Shown here: in pieces, positions 50,083-60,718 of the stretch
Numbering within the stretch: the first letter of the stretch is position 1
Layout of the letters: every line of letters begins with the position of its first letter
Assembly: GCF_022539665.2 (NCBI RefSeq)
Contig: NC_081333.1
Coordinates: 5,084,001 to 5,148,000 of the forward strand
Direction: 5' to 3'
Source: Daphnia carinata
Taxonomy: Eukaryota
Length of the DNA: 64,000 nt
The notes under the pieces: generated by a model
What the model saw: only the letters and a program-made list of their open reading frames with translations
Told to the model about the DNA's origin: nothing
Database searches by the model: none
Translations under genes and position numbers: made by a program

Positions 50083-50879
50083 TGTAAAGCATTTTTCTGT
50101 GGAGATGAATAACTTTACGTTATTAAGACAAATAGTAATAAAAATGAACTCGGGAGGCGTTACCACAATGTCGAATATATTTTATTTTAATAGGCCAAAT
50201 GAATAACCAAGGAATACACAGTTATAAGGCATAAATGGGAAACAGAAATACAACATGGAGTTATGCGAATTTAGTCTTACCGTCACCGCCGTGGCGAAGG
50301 TGGAATAAAGATGTCAAACGTTGTAAGAAAATAATAAAGATAACAAGGCTTGTTGGTTGCACAAGAAGCAGTGAGAAGCACTCACAATAGTTATAAAATA
50401 AAATATAAATTGAACTCACTAAATTGGATGAATTGAACAGCAATTGTAGATAAGATAGCACTAGAATGAGAGCTAGAACTGGAACTGGAGACAACGAGAC
50501 AGCACGAGAGAGAACTAACTTTTGGAGAAGAAAAGGGCATCCTTTTATAGATATTACATGTTTGAGGGAAACATAGCATTTCCGACAGATGAGCTCCGGA
50601 TATAAGTTATTGAATATCTCACGCAGAAACACAGCATATTCACGGAAATGTATGGCGCGATGTTCAACGCATGAAGCTCATCCAATCAGCAACAAGTAGG
50701 ATGTAAGTATAATATAAAAATGGAATTCAAGGAAATGTCAATGACACTTAAATTATTATATTTATAATGTATACTTTAAAGATAATGAATAACAAACATA
50801 ATATATAATTTTGATATAAAGAACACAAACAATGAAGATAAAATATAATTAAAAGTTGTATTTTGATGACTTCGTTACA
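50083..50879 (-). repeat. 5' LTR of element C (797 bp)
   Basis: TGTAAAGCAT...GTTACA termini with PBS TGGTGGCAG adjacent. Confidence 0.9.
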
Positions 50880-50929
50880 ATATGCTGCCATCAACTTTCA
50901 CTATTCAGCTCTTTAAAAAAGCTTGGCCT

Positions 50930-51285
50930 TTACTAGTACTTCGGAGTTGCTTCAGTGTAGTAGCTTTGCGACAGAATAATATTTTTTGTAGTAGCAGGGA
51001 GTAGCATACGCAATGGTGTACTATTGGGGCGCCTTTGTGGTGTAGTAATCTGGGGCTTCAATTTGGTAGTAGCTCGGCGACGAATAGTACTTGGGAGGCT
51101 CAGTGTAGTAAACAGGGGCAGCGTAAATAGTGGTAGTGGCTCAGCTTTCATGGCGTAGTTCTCCGGAGCTTTAGTTGTCTAGTATTTAGCAGCCTTCGTG
51201 GTGTAATATTGTGAAGCCTGTGTAGTACGACGGGGAAGCATAAGTTGTGGTGTCGTAGCTATAGGTTACACGTAGTATGAAGGAA
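50930..51285 (-). pseudogene. Degenerate Tyr/Thr-rich repeat protein fragment
   Basis: Frameshifted YYTTKA.., YYTEATPKY and YAAP units. Confidence 0.7.
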
Positions 51286-51346
51286 AGGCAGTGCCTAAAA
51301 GATTTTTTGAAATTAAAGTTGTATCCTTTTTTTTTTTAAATTCTAG

Positions 51347-51774
51347 TTCATCATCCTGGTTGCTCTCTTTGCCGCTGCTGCTGCCGATTCCTACAAGGCG
51401 GTGGAATATGCTCCCAAGTACGAAGCACCTAAATATATAGCTCCTAAATACGAATCACCCAAATAGGAATCGCTTAAGTACGAAACACCAAAGTGCGAGG
51501 CCCCTGAGTACCAAAAGCTGATGGTAAAGTGAGCACTGGATCTTACCGCGTTGCTCTCTTAGATGGTCGCACCCAAATCGTCACCTACAAGGCTGACAGC
51601 TATGGTTACACGGCTGATGTAAAATATGAAGGCGAAGCTCAATACCCTGAATACAAGGAGACACAATACAAGGCCCCCGCTTACCCCGCCCCAGCCTACA
51701 AGGCTCCCGAATACAAAGCTCCAGCTTACAAAGCTCCCGAATACAAAACCCCTGTTGCCTATGCCAAATGCTAA
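51347..51774 (+). pseudogene. Cuticular protein (Rebers-Riddiford chitin-binding) pseudogene exon
   Basis: Acceptor ttctag, signal FIILVALFAAAAA, YEAPK repeats with a stop, then frameshifted [37 protein letters not shown] and YKAP repeats; the first half of the RR domain is missing. Confidence 0.88.
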
Positions 51775-53549
51775 GTTCACGTGAGCTATCTTGTAAATGA
51801 TAATTATTTAAAAGAGAGCGCAATAAAGCTTTTCTATGCAAGTTTTGGAAAGCTGCAATTTCTCCTTCTAATTTACAAAAATATTTCGAATCCACAAAAT
51901 CATGTACATCATGCTGTGAGTTCCTCGTGTTTCCTCGGATACGCAGAGAGCGGAAAATTTTTTTTTTTTTTTATTTTTAAAAAATGTTACAAACACATAT
52001 GTTATAAATTGTGTTATTAAAACAGACAGTAAAAAAAGTTTCGGCCTTGATATGATTAGACCAACGATGGGATTCAACTCACGAAAAGCACATAGCTTCT
52101 AATTAAACAAACGCCGCGCCATACCTTGAACATCTGAAAATTGGAAATGTATAATGGAATTGCCTTGTTGGCTATTAATAAGCAAAAGTGAAATTTTAGA
52201 AACTCACTGACTTTGGGGTATGAAGCAATCGTTAGCGATAGTCTGTGGTACTTCCCGCACATTTTCTTTCTCTCTCTCGATGGCATTTCCTTTGCCGGCG
52301 CAATTTTTGATACTCCATCCGAGACGGTCTCATAGTTATTAAATTTACTCCCTTATCATCTCTGGTGATTCTCTAATCAAAAATGGAATTCTTTGGTGAT
52401 TCTAAGACAAAAGTGATTTCGTGTGGAAGTGATTCTGTGCGCGCGCTGTGATTCGCTGACAGAAGTGCCACCCCACGCCGCTGGACGTGCCCTTCTCCTT
52501 TTTTTGACACATTGGGTGGCGGAATTGGCCGGTTAGCGTGGCTGGGTTGCTAACATGCGAACAAAAATGCATCTCACAAAAGAGGAGATGAGAGCTAACG
52601 CTGCGGCTAGTTAGGCAGGCATCGACGACGGGCGAGACGGATAGGTAAATACAACCCGTTCATGTCGACGACCAATTACAAAGAGTAGTTTCAGGAGATA
52701 ATATGGTCCGAAATCCAGGGGCATACAGAGTAGGTGGTTGGGGTGAACTACGAATATATCTGTGGTACGGGCGAATCCGATGAAAAAGTTGACGGGCAGA
52801 TGCAATTATTTGATTAACCTGATATAACGAGTAGGAGGACGGCCAAAAGACGAGTCGTTTAAGTCGCAGATCACCGAACGCCACGAAGGACGGGCAAATT
52901 CAACCCGATCGGCGACGGGCAGATGCTTGTTCCACTGTAAGTTCGGCAGAAGATAGTGGAAATATAACCGTTGGCTAACTAGCTATGGACGGCAAACGGT
53001 CATGGCAAGTGGCAGAAAATAACAATTAGCGAATCAACGGGTATGCTAAGCAAACGGTTTGAGAGTCAGAAATGAATAGTGGGTAGAATTATATGCATTG
53101 TGATTGGGTCAATGGGAAGAGCTAGCGAATGTGATGCAGGTCAAAGCAGCCGAACTAGTTGAGGGGTAAAAATGATGAGGGGGTTTACTGGAAGGGGTGA
53201 CGAAAGAGTTGATGGACAAAGTTTGCAAGCGTATTGGCGAGCAGAGATTGTGAGCGTCCGTCGGCCATATGCAACGGAACGGTTGACGTGCAAATGCCAT
53301 AAGCGGTCGAAAGGCAGGCATAATGGGAACATTGTGCATATGATATAGCCTGTAGCGGCATTGCAACGCAAACCGTGAAAAATGCAAGCTTAAAAATCAT
53401 GCTAGCGTCACCTCTCCCCTTTCTGACGGGCTTAAAGTGGAAAAACTTGAAACAAGGGAGAAATTCGTCCAAAAATTATAACATATTATACAACTTTTAA
53501 AAAAATACCTTATTCTTCTAAAAAATTGTGGGATCCTCGAAATAATTTT

Positions 53550-53808
53550 GCACCAAGCTACTACACTGAAGCTCCAACATACTACACAACAAAATATGCT
53601 ACTCCCAGCTACTACACCGAGGCAATGAAGTAATGCGCAGCTCCAAGCTACTACCAGACTGAAGCCCCCCACTACTACACAACAAGAGCGCCAGAGTACT
53701 ATGCTACCAGTTACGCCGCTCCCAGTCACTACACCGAGGCTCCAGCTTATTATGCAACAACGTACGCCACTCCCAGCTATTACACTGAGCCATCGAAGTA
53801 TTATTAAT
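53550..53808 (+). pseudogene. Degenerate Tyr/Thr-rich repeat protein fragment
   Basis: PSYYTEAPTYYTTKYATPSYYTE..YAAPSHYTEAPAYYATTYATPSYYTEPSKYY with a stop and a frameshift. Confidence 0.75.
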
Positions 53809-54258
53809 CGTGAAAATTGCGCTATCCGTCAAGCTCGATGACGGAAGAATTAGATCTTGTTTTATTATTTGCTGCCCTCGTTACCAAGTTAGTATTTCCC
53901 TGCCATATATTTACGCATTAACTAGTCGTTCCATACAAATGTGGTTTATAAATGGAATCTCAAATACAGCTATAATGCCCTTAACAAATCCATTTGTTTT
54001 TATTCTTTATCCTATCCAGCAAAAAAAAGACGAGACAATTTTGGTATGAGTTTTAAAGCAGTACATTTTCTAAAACCAAACTGTGAATACGTACAAACAA
54101 CATTCACACACACATACACACACACACATCATTCGCAACAAGAATTTTGACTAGATTACTGATAACAAAGATATACACATTTGCACGCACACATTCACAC
54201 AGACATGCACACAATTTTGGGAATACACGCTTCTTCTAATTTAGGGTAAAGGGGAATT

Positions 54259-54873
54259 TCATGTACTGGAACGTTTCTCGTCAGGAAGAGTTCCTGGAGT
54301 ATCTTCTTCCCGCTTAGGCTTACCCTTCAAGTCCTTTGGCCTTTCTCGAGATGGTAACTGGCGCATTAAATTTTTAGACTTTCCATCCTTGAAACGCTTC
54401 TCGACAGGGAGAGTTGCTGGGCCCTCCTCTGTCCTCTTACGCTTAGCCACTGGTTTGTCCAGTACCACCGTATGATTGGCAGTTCTTTGGGAAAGACCGG
54501 GAGCTTTAGTCTTAGCCACTCGTTCGGACGCTACCACCGTAGAACTGACAGGTGCCTGTGAAAGAATAGGAGCTTTAGTCTTAGCCAAATTTGTATGGAT
54601 ACTTAGTTTTTGCTCAGCCTTGGTCTCAGCCAATAGTCTTTGCTGAGTCCGCTTCCTCTTTGACTCCAACTCGTTTTTCTCTTCCGCTGATTGTATCCGT
54701 GTCATCCGAACGGGTGGTTGAGGACTTATTTCCTGGTGTCTTTCCTCCACCGATTGAATTGCTGATATATAGGTTAACTGCTTAAGCTTAGCCATCAAGT
54801 CATTAAGCAATTTCCCAGGTGTTAACGTGCACATCATATCGGGTTCTGGTAATGGCAAATCAAGTAGGGCCAT
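54259..54873 (-). CDS. Hypothetical 204-aa basic protein
   Basis: ATG-initiated open frame with duplicated AKTKAP and GxxTLPxEKR units; no family recognised. Confidence 0.4.
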   Translation of the reverse strand: MALLDLPLPEPDMMCTLTPGKLLNDLMAKLKQLTYISAIQSVEERHQEISPQPPVRMTRIQSAEEKNELESKRKRTQQRLLAETKAEQKLSIHTNLAKTKAPILSQAPVSSTVVASERVAKTKAPGLSQRTANHTVVLDKPVAKRKRTEEGPATLPVEKRFKDGKSKNLMRQLPSRERPKDLKGKPKREEDTPGTLPDEKRSST

Positions 54874-55499
54874 TTTCCTGTTAGCTTGCGAATAGGTAGT
54901 TCAGGTAGTTTAGAATTTGAGTAGAATATGGTGAGTAGGAGAGGTCTGCCTAGCTATTTGTTAGATAGTTCAGCAATTAAACTTTGCTACTTTAAAAACT
55001 CGGGTAGACGATTGTAGGTAATGCATTCCGCATGGCGCGCAGGCCATACGCGACTGTTCATCCTTGAGAAGGCCAATAAACCCTTGCCCGTGCAGTCTGT
55101 ACACCATCCGGCGACTTTAATTTAAATTCGGTCGTAGTCCGCCTTGGCTCGGCTCTCCCGCGACTCGCTTCCCCGTCAATAGGGGGTGGGATGGCCTGCA
55201 TGAGCAAGCAGGCCACCATTTGGGCAATTTACACTCAAGAACGCATTGCAGACCAGGCAAAGCCTGGATTGGGCATGCTGCAGCCAGTCTCACCTGAAGC
55301 GCACAGATTCGTCTTGAGACTAGCTCCATTGCCGCAGCATTAATGCTGCGTCCTAGGCCCATACCTTGGGAAAAAGAAAAAAATTTTTTTTTTTAATTGC
55401 TCATTGGAATTTAGTCTACTTAAAATGTAGGCTGAATGGCGGCTAATACTTCCCGTTTGGTAAGACAGCTGTTCCAAATAACGCTACACCAAAGAGGGA

Positions 55500-55628
55500 A
55501 GGCACTGCAACAACAACAGGCACTGCAACAACACGCACTTGAACAAGACGCACTTCAACAACACGCACTTCAACAACACGCGCTGCAACAACACACACTG
55601 CAACAACAGGCACTGCAACAGCAACAGA
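55500..55628 (+). repeat. 15-bp minisatellite (CAACAACACGCACTG)n encoding QQHAL-type repeats
   Basis: About 8 visible units. Confidence 0.85.
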
Positions 55629-55802
55629 CCTTACGGCATCAACAAATTGCGACGCACCAGAATGGCTAACCGGGGTCGACCGGAATTTCACCCAGTTACC
55701 ACTATACTGCCAATATACAGCCTTGGAGCTCAGGGGTAATATTCTAATCGTCATTTTTAAAACTACATTTAATTTAAAAATGTGTCTTGTTTCATAATTC
55801 AG

Positions 55803-55967
55803 GGATCGTACTGAGCCATGTATGACTACGATGCCGATGACAACGGCGAAGTTTCCTTCCGCGATGGCGATGTTATCGTCGATTGCCAACCGATTGATAA
55901 GGGATGGATGATGGGCACAGGCTGATCCGGAATGGTACCGGCAAACTACATCGAAACCGTCAAGTAA
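55803..55967 (+). pseudogene. Lasp/nebulin-type C-terminal SH3 exon, disabled
   Basis: [50 protein letters not shown] following a short GT-AG intron. Confidence 0.85.
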
Positions 55968-56904
55968 TGTTTTCGTTCTTATTTGTCCTTACCCCTGATC
56001 CTTTGGTTCACTATTTTCTTTCCTCCTTGTGTCGGAATCCCTAGAAACCATCGTCTATCCTGCATGCAATACATTCATTTTTTGGTTCGTTTTCGAACAT
56101 TTTCGAACACATTCAAGCCAATCTGATATATATTCATCGACCAAAATAAATGAAACCTCTCAAACTCGATGCGAATTATACGCTACCATTGACGATTGGT
56201 CGAATGATTTCAGGCGGCGACAATGCCGCTCGTAAAGCTTTTACAAGCTTTTCAACTGGATAGCTCTCGACTTAATGGTTACAAAACTTCTTTACAGCAG
56301 CAAGGCAAAATCGTAACTACGTCTTCCTTTTTTTTGCCTTTCTGGTACTATACATCTAAATCACGAAGTGGTATTCGTTCGGCAAATAAAGATTATCTAG
56401 AAAAGATCCCTATGAATTACACAAATTGATTATCTAATACCTGTTTCACAGAAGGAGCAGATTTTCCGCGGCTTACAATTCGAGACAAATTTCACCTGCC
56501 GAACAAATGAATTTCAGCAGTTAAGTCGCCAATAGCATCAACGGTATGGGAAACTCGACGAAAATCCATTTCAACGATTCCCCGTTGTTATCCAATACTA
56601 ATGAGAACGCGTTCTAGAGCAAGGAGCGGTTGGTGTTCTTGAAACAGGTTCCTCGAAACGCCTTCGTCATTATGGGCTTGATTGTCTCAACTATAGGCAT
56701 CGTGGGGCTTGTGGCCAATGAGACAGTTCTTTTCATCTTTTCGAGGTGCAATTGCGCCTTTTCAATTTGCAGATTGTGTTTCAAAACACTTAAGCGTTCG
56801 GTAGGCAACGAAATAATCATAGGATTCTAGCTTGTTGATGTTTAATTGCAGATTCAAAAGGCTATTAAGATCTCATCCAGCAAATACGTTCATCATTAAT
56901 TTCC

Positions 56905-57022
56905 GATTCCGTTACCATCAGATTGGCAACATAGGGTGCCAGAAATCCACAGATGCTGGCAACGCATTTTGTGACGCTCATCATAATTCCGGAATTTCAT
57001 TTGGCTATCATCAGGCTGTTAA
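56905..57022 (-). pseudogene. Possible SLC17/MFS anion-transporter fragment
   Basis: NSLMIAK*NSGIMMSVTKCVASICGFLAPYVA resembles the SLC17 N.LDIAP..AG.LMG.TN....I.G..AP motif. Confidence 0.45.
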
Positions 57023-57241
57023 TGTTGCAATATTAAATTGAATACTATAATTCACTTTGCAACAACTGAGTTTTGTATTTCCACGTGATGCTCCCTTTAG
57101 GTCACTCACTCATCAAAAACAGTACAGCCACACACGCTTAAAGGAAAAGGGATAAAAAGAACACAGTAACATCACTCTAGGTGTTGCTAAACGGCAACCT
57201 TGAGGTTTGCATAAAACATCGCAATATTTCAATATCCCCAC

Positions 57242-57686
57242 TCAAACCGAACATGGAAGAACTTGAATCTTGCTCCGCATTTCCCGAAAAATAGGACCTC
57301 CTAAGGGCTTAGTGAGAAGATCTGCCAGTTGAAACTTTGTGTTGACATAATCCACATTTACGGATCGTTCTTGGAACTGCTGGCGAATAAAATGATACTT
57401 CACATCAATGTGTTTCGTCCGACGATGAAATTCCGGATTGTGTACTAACTTGATAGCACCCTGATAGTCACAGTAGAGAGTCGATGGACCAGTTTGTTCA
57501 CATCCAACACTTGCAAGTAGTCGACGCATCCATATCAATTCCTTTGTTGACTCGCACATGGCTACAAATTCCGCCTCCGTTGTCGAAAGAGAGATACACT
57601 GTTGTTTGCGACTGGCCCAGGATACAGGACCTCCATTGAGCACAAGGAGATAACCAGATATGGAACGCCTAGTGTCCACGTTGCCA
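57242..57686 (-). pseudogene. Copia RNase H, C-terminal part
   Basis: DTRRSISGY, STTEAEF, TKHIDVKYH, QLADLLTKPL. Confidence 0.95.
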
Positions 57687-60600
57687 CCCTAGCAGAAATT
57701 CAGAGGGCAAAAACCCCTCCAAGACTGGTATTTCGGACTCGTCTAGAGTCCTAGACCGGTCCAGCGGGCGGGTATTTGGACCCCTTGTTTGCAGCCATAA
57801 CAGCCTCCTAGACTGGTATCGAGGACGGTAAAAAAAAAAACAAAAAAAAAACGGTGAGCCTCTTAAGTTAGAGCCAAAAGCCGTTCCCATACCCGGCCGT
57901 TAGACTCAGCCGGGGCTCATCTTCTGTACTCGTCCCAATACTCGTATTCATGTCCGTTATGGGACTATTGTTTGATTTTTTAAATGCATTTTACTCCCTA
58001 CATAAAATTGTTACAGTTTCAGAAAAAAAAATGACTGCAGAATAACACAAATTTCTTTATATTTAACATGAAGTCACTGATAAAACCAGTTCGTCCTGGC
58101 AACATACCAACACGGCACAAAGACTAGAAAGGCGCAATGTGGCCAACACGGCATGGCGAGGACACAGAAAAAAAACATCATTTAAGACATTTAGACAAGA
58201 AATTTGTAACTTATTTGATGGGTTTTTTGAAATCTCTTATGTTCTTTTCCAAGGCAGCAATTTTGGACTGCAGTTCGGCCTCGTAAATAGTACTAGGTAC
58301 TGGCGCTTCAAAAGTTGGCTGGTTGCGCGAAGACCTAGCTGCCTGAGCTTCAACGGGTGTTATGCTTCTTTCTTCGCGGTATTTTTCTCCACTTTTCTTT
58401 CTGCACGTCTTTATCTGTTCCAATAAACAGTCAATCTCAATATTTTCTTCGTTTTTTTGTCGCGCCTTTGCGTTCGCAACGACTAAAATAAAAAGAAGGA
58501 AAATTAATTAATGAAATACAATGTAGCATTTCCATATACCTCCTAGAACTGAAATGCGGTTCATAAATATTGAGAGACCAGGCCGTCTATCGTCGCCGCG
58601 AGGAACTGCCTTCCACTGAAGTTTTTCGGCCAGCTGAGAAGAAATGAGAAAATTAAAACTATCTCTCAGGACTTTGCCTACAAGTGGATTTGCAGATATG
58701 TTTCTTACCGTTGTTTGTGAAGATGGAGGCACGTCATCATCCGACAAATATTGAAATTCTATACTGTTTGCGCTGCTGTGGCCCTTTGGTTCGCCACTCT
58801 TGCTACCTGAATTGTAAAATAGTTTAGAATTTTTAAGTTTGAAAATATCTTAATGTAATTACTTTGAATAATGTTGATGACGGAACTTGTTCTGGTTGCC
58901 GTAACAACTGTAGGCGGACTGGTGTCTTCACTGTCATCACCGTACCTCTTCCTTTTTTGTGAGACACGTTTTCCTTACCCCCAAGTTCTTTCACAATCGG
59001 AAATGAAAGCCTCGGCTAAAGGACGACCAGCAGCTGCCTCTTTGACAACATGCTTTGCTGTCGTAAAACTCACTGCAATAACAACATGAAAATTAATTTT
59101 AGAGATTACAATATAATTGCACGTAAAGTAAGTGAAACTTACCAGGCTTGTTCTCTGGATTCATAATATTATAAACATCGTATTCCAGCCAAGTATTGAA
59201 TGGGTGGTGAAATCTTTTAAATGTCCCCCCCCCCAACACGCAGGATTCAAATTGCCTTCTGATGTAGTACATGGTGGGTATAGCAAAAACTTGTGGTCCG
59301 TTGATAACCAGTAACAGGGCACAAACCTGTAGAGACATAATGGATTGTTGTCACAGCCCTTTCTAAGGTTTGTACGATAAAGAATGAAGGCTCTTTGTAT
59401 TTGGAAGGCTTGGTCTTTTCAGTATTTTCCTGTATCGTAACATATCTTCCACACCATTCACAAAATGGTCTTCCTTCCTGAGGGATAAACATTTAGAACC
59501 ACAGAAAATGTTTAATAATAATATAGAACATTGAAGAAAAAGTATACCTGAATGTTTCTTGCAACGTGTGACTGCTGAATTATGTCGTGGTTAGTATGTA
59601 ATACGTTATCGTCAACTACACGATCCATGGTGGCAGTAATCTTTTGAACTTGCTCAAAGCTTTGCAGTAGTAATGTTAAATTTGCACTACGAATGCAAAA
59701 GACTGCACTAGACGTAGAATATTAAATAAGAAATCCAACCTGAGTGTAATTTAGCGTTTCAGAACAGTAACAATAACGTGAGTCTCTGTCGAAGAACTTC
59801 AAGCATTTCTGTGAAATACGTACAAATTTCATACGGACAGCATGGGCGTTGCCAGTTTTCCAATTTCGGGTTTTTTATATAAGTGCCATGTATGGGGAAA
59901 CCATTTTCTGTTGTATTCACAGTTACTTTTAAATTATTTTCAATTCTTTTAGTAAGGTTATTTGATTGCTAAGCTAGAATTCTGCATGTCCACGTACAAA
60001 GAAAAAAAAGGAATGAAAGTTAGGTATTGATTTTCCCTTGCATGCCTGTTAGACGTAATCGATTTCCTCCAAAGCAGACGACAACAATTCTGTTGTCTGA
60101 AAGGCCAGGTTGATGCTAAACAATATTGGATCATGCCTGAATGCGCAAACCGGAAAACGTTATTAAAATTGTACCAATCTTATTCCGCATTTATAATTTA
60201 TTTATTAACTAGAGAAGATTAGTCAAGATACAAGTCAGTGTATTTGAAGCCTCCAAAAGTGATAATAAAGCTCCTCAACGGTGTAAAAACATTGAAGCAA
60301 AAAAATTGTAAGAACATAGGCCAGTGAAAAAACGAGTCTAATACTGGTTTTTTGTATCCACATCAATCCCAATTTTTGCAGAAAATTCTGAGGACATATT
60401 AGGCACGTATTAGACATAACAAAGGCCAGTATTAGACGAGTATAATACTCGTACCACGGGCTGTAGCGCTCGACTTTCGTGCTAGCGTACAAGAGACCAG
60501 TAAAAAATGAGCCCAACATTGGTACCAGGGACTTAAGCGCTTCGCTTCTTTTTTGCGTCCATAATACCGGATTTGTACTAAGCTAGTACCAGACCACGAA

Positions 60601-60718
60601 CCGAAAGTACTTAAGGAAGTTGATTCCGTATTCAGTACGCAAACTTGACCAAAAAAATGAGTCAAAATTAGAGTATCGCGGACGCAGACCCCATCTGGAC
60701 ACCAAGTTTCTGCTAGGG
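57687..60718. mobile_element. 3.0-kb non-autonomous TIR DNA transposon (probably CACTA/EnSpm type)
   Basis: TIRs CCCTAGCAGAAA / TTTCTGCTAGGG and a 2-bp TSD CA; excision restores Copia DYAGNVDTRRS. Confidence 0.85.

Larger units (their letters stand above)
22410..50879 (-). mobile_element. Degenerate Gypsy element C (relative of A) expanded by nested insertions
   Basis: 5' LTR 50083-50879 and partial 3' LTR 22410-22768, ATAT on both outer flanks, same PBS as A. Collinear remnants of ORF0 (48915-50048), RT/RH (33990-35107), env leader (32300-32670) and env. It could instead be two copies. Confidence 0.7.

Noticed and set aside
52300..53500. GC-richer stretch with repeated GACGGGC(AGATGC) motifs
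   Set aside because: No ends, TSD or coding signal could be established.
60432..60718. Last ~95 aa of the 1024-aa Copia ORF
   Set aside because: Read-through into the inserted TIR element; the true frame resumes at 57686.
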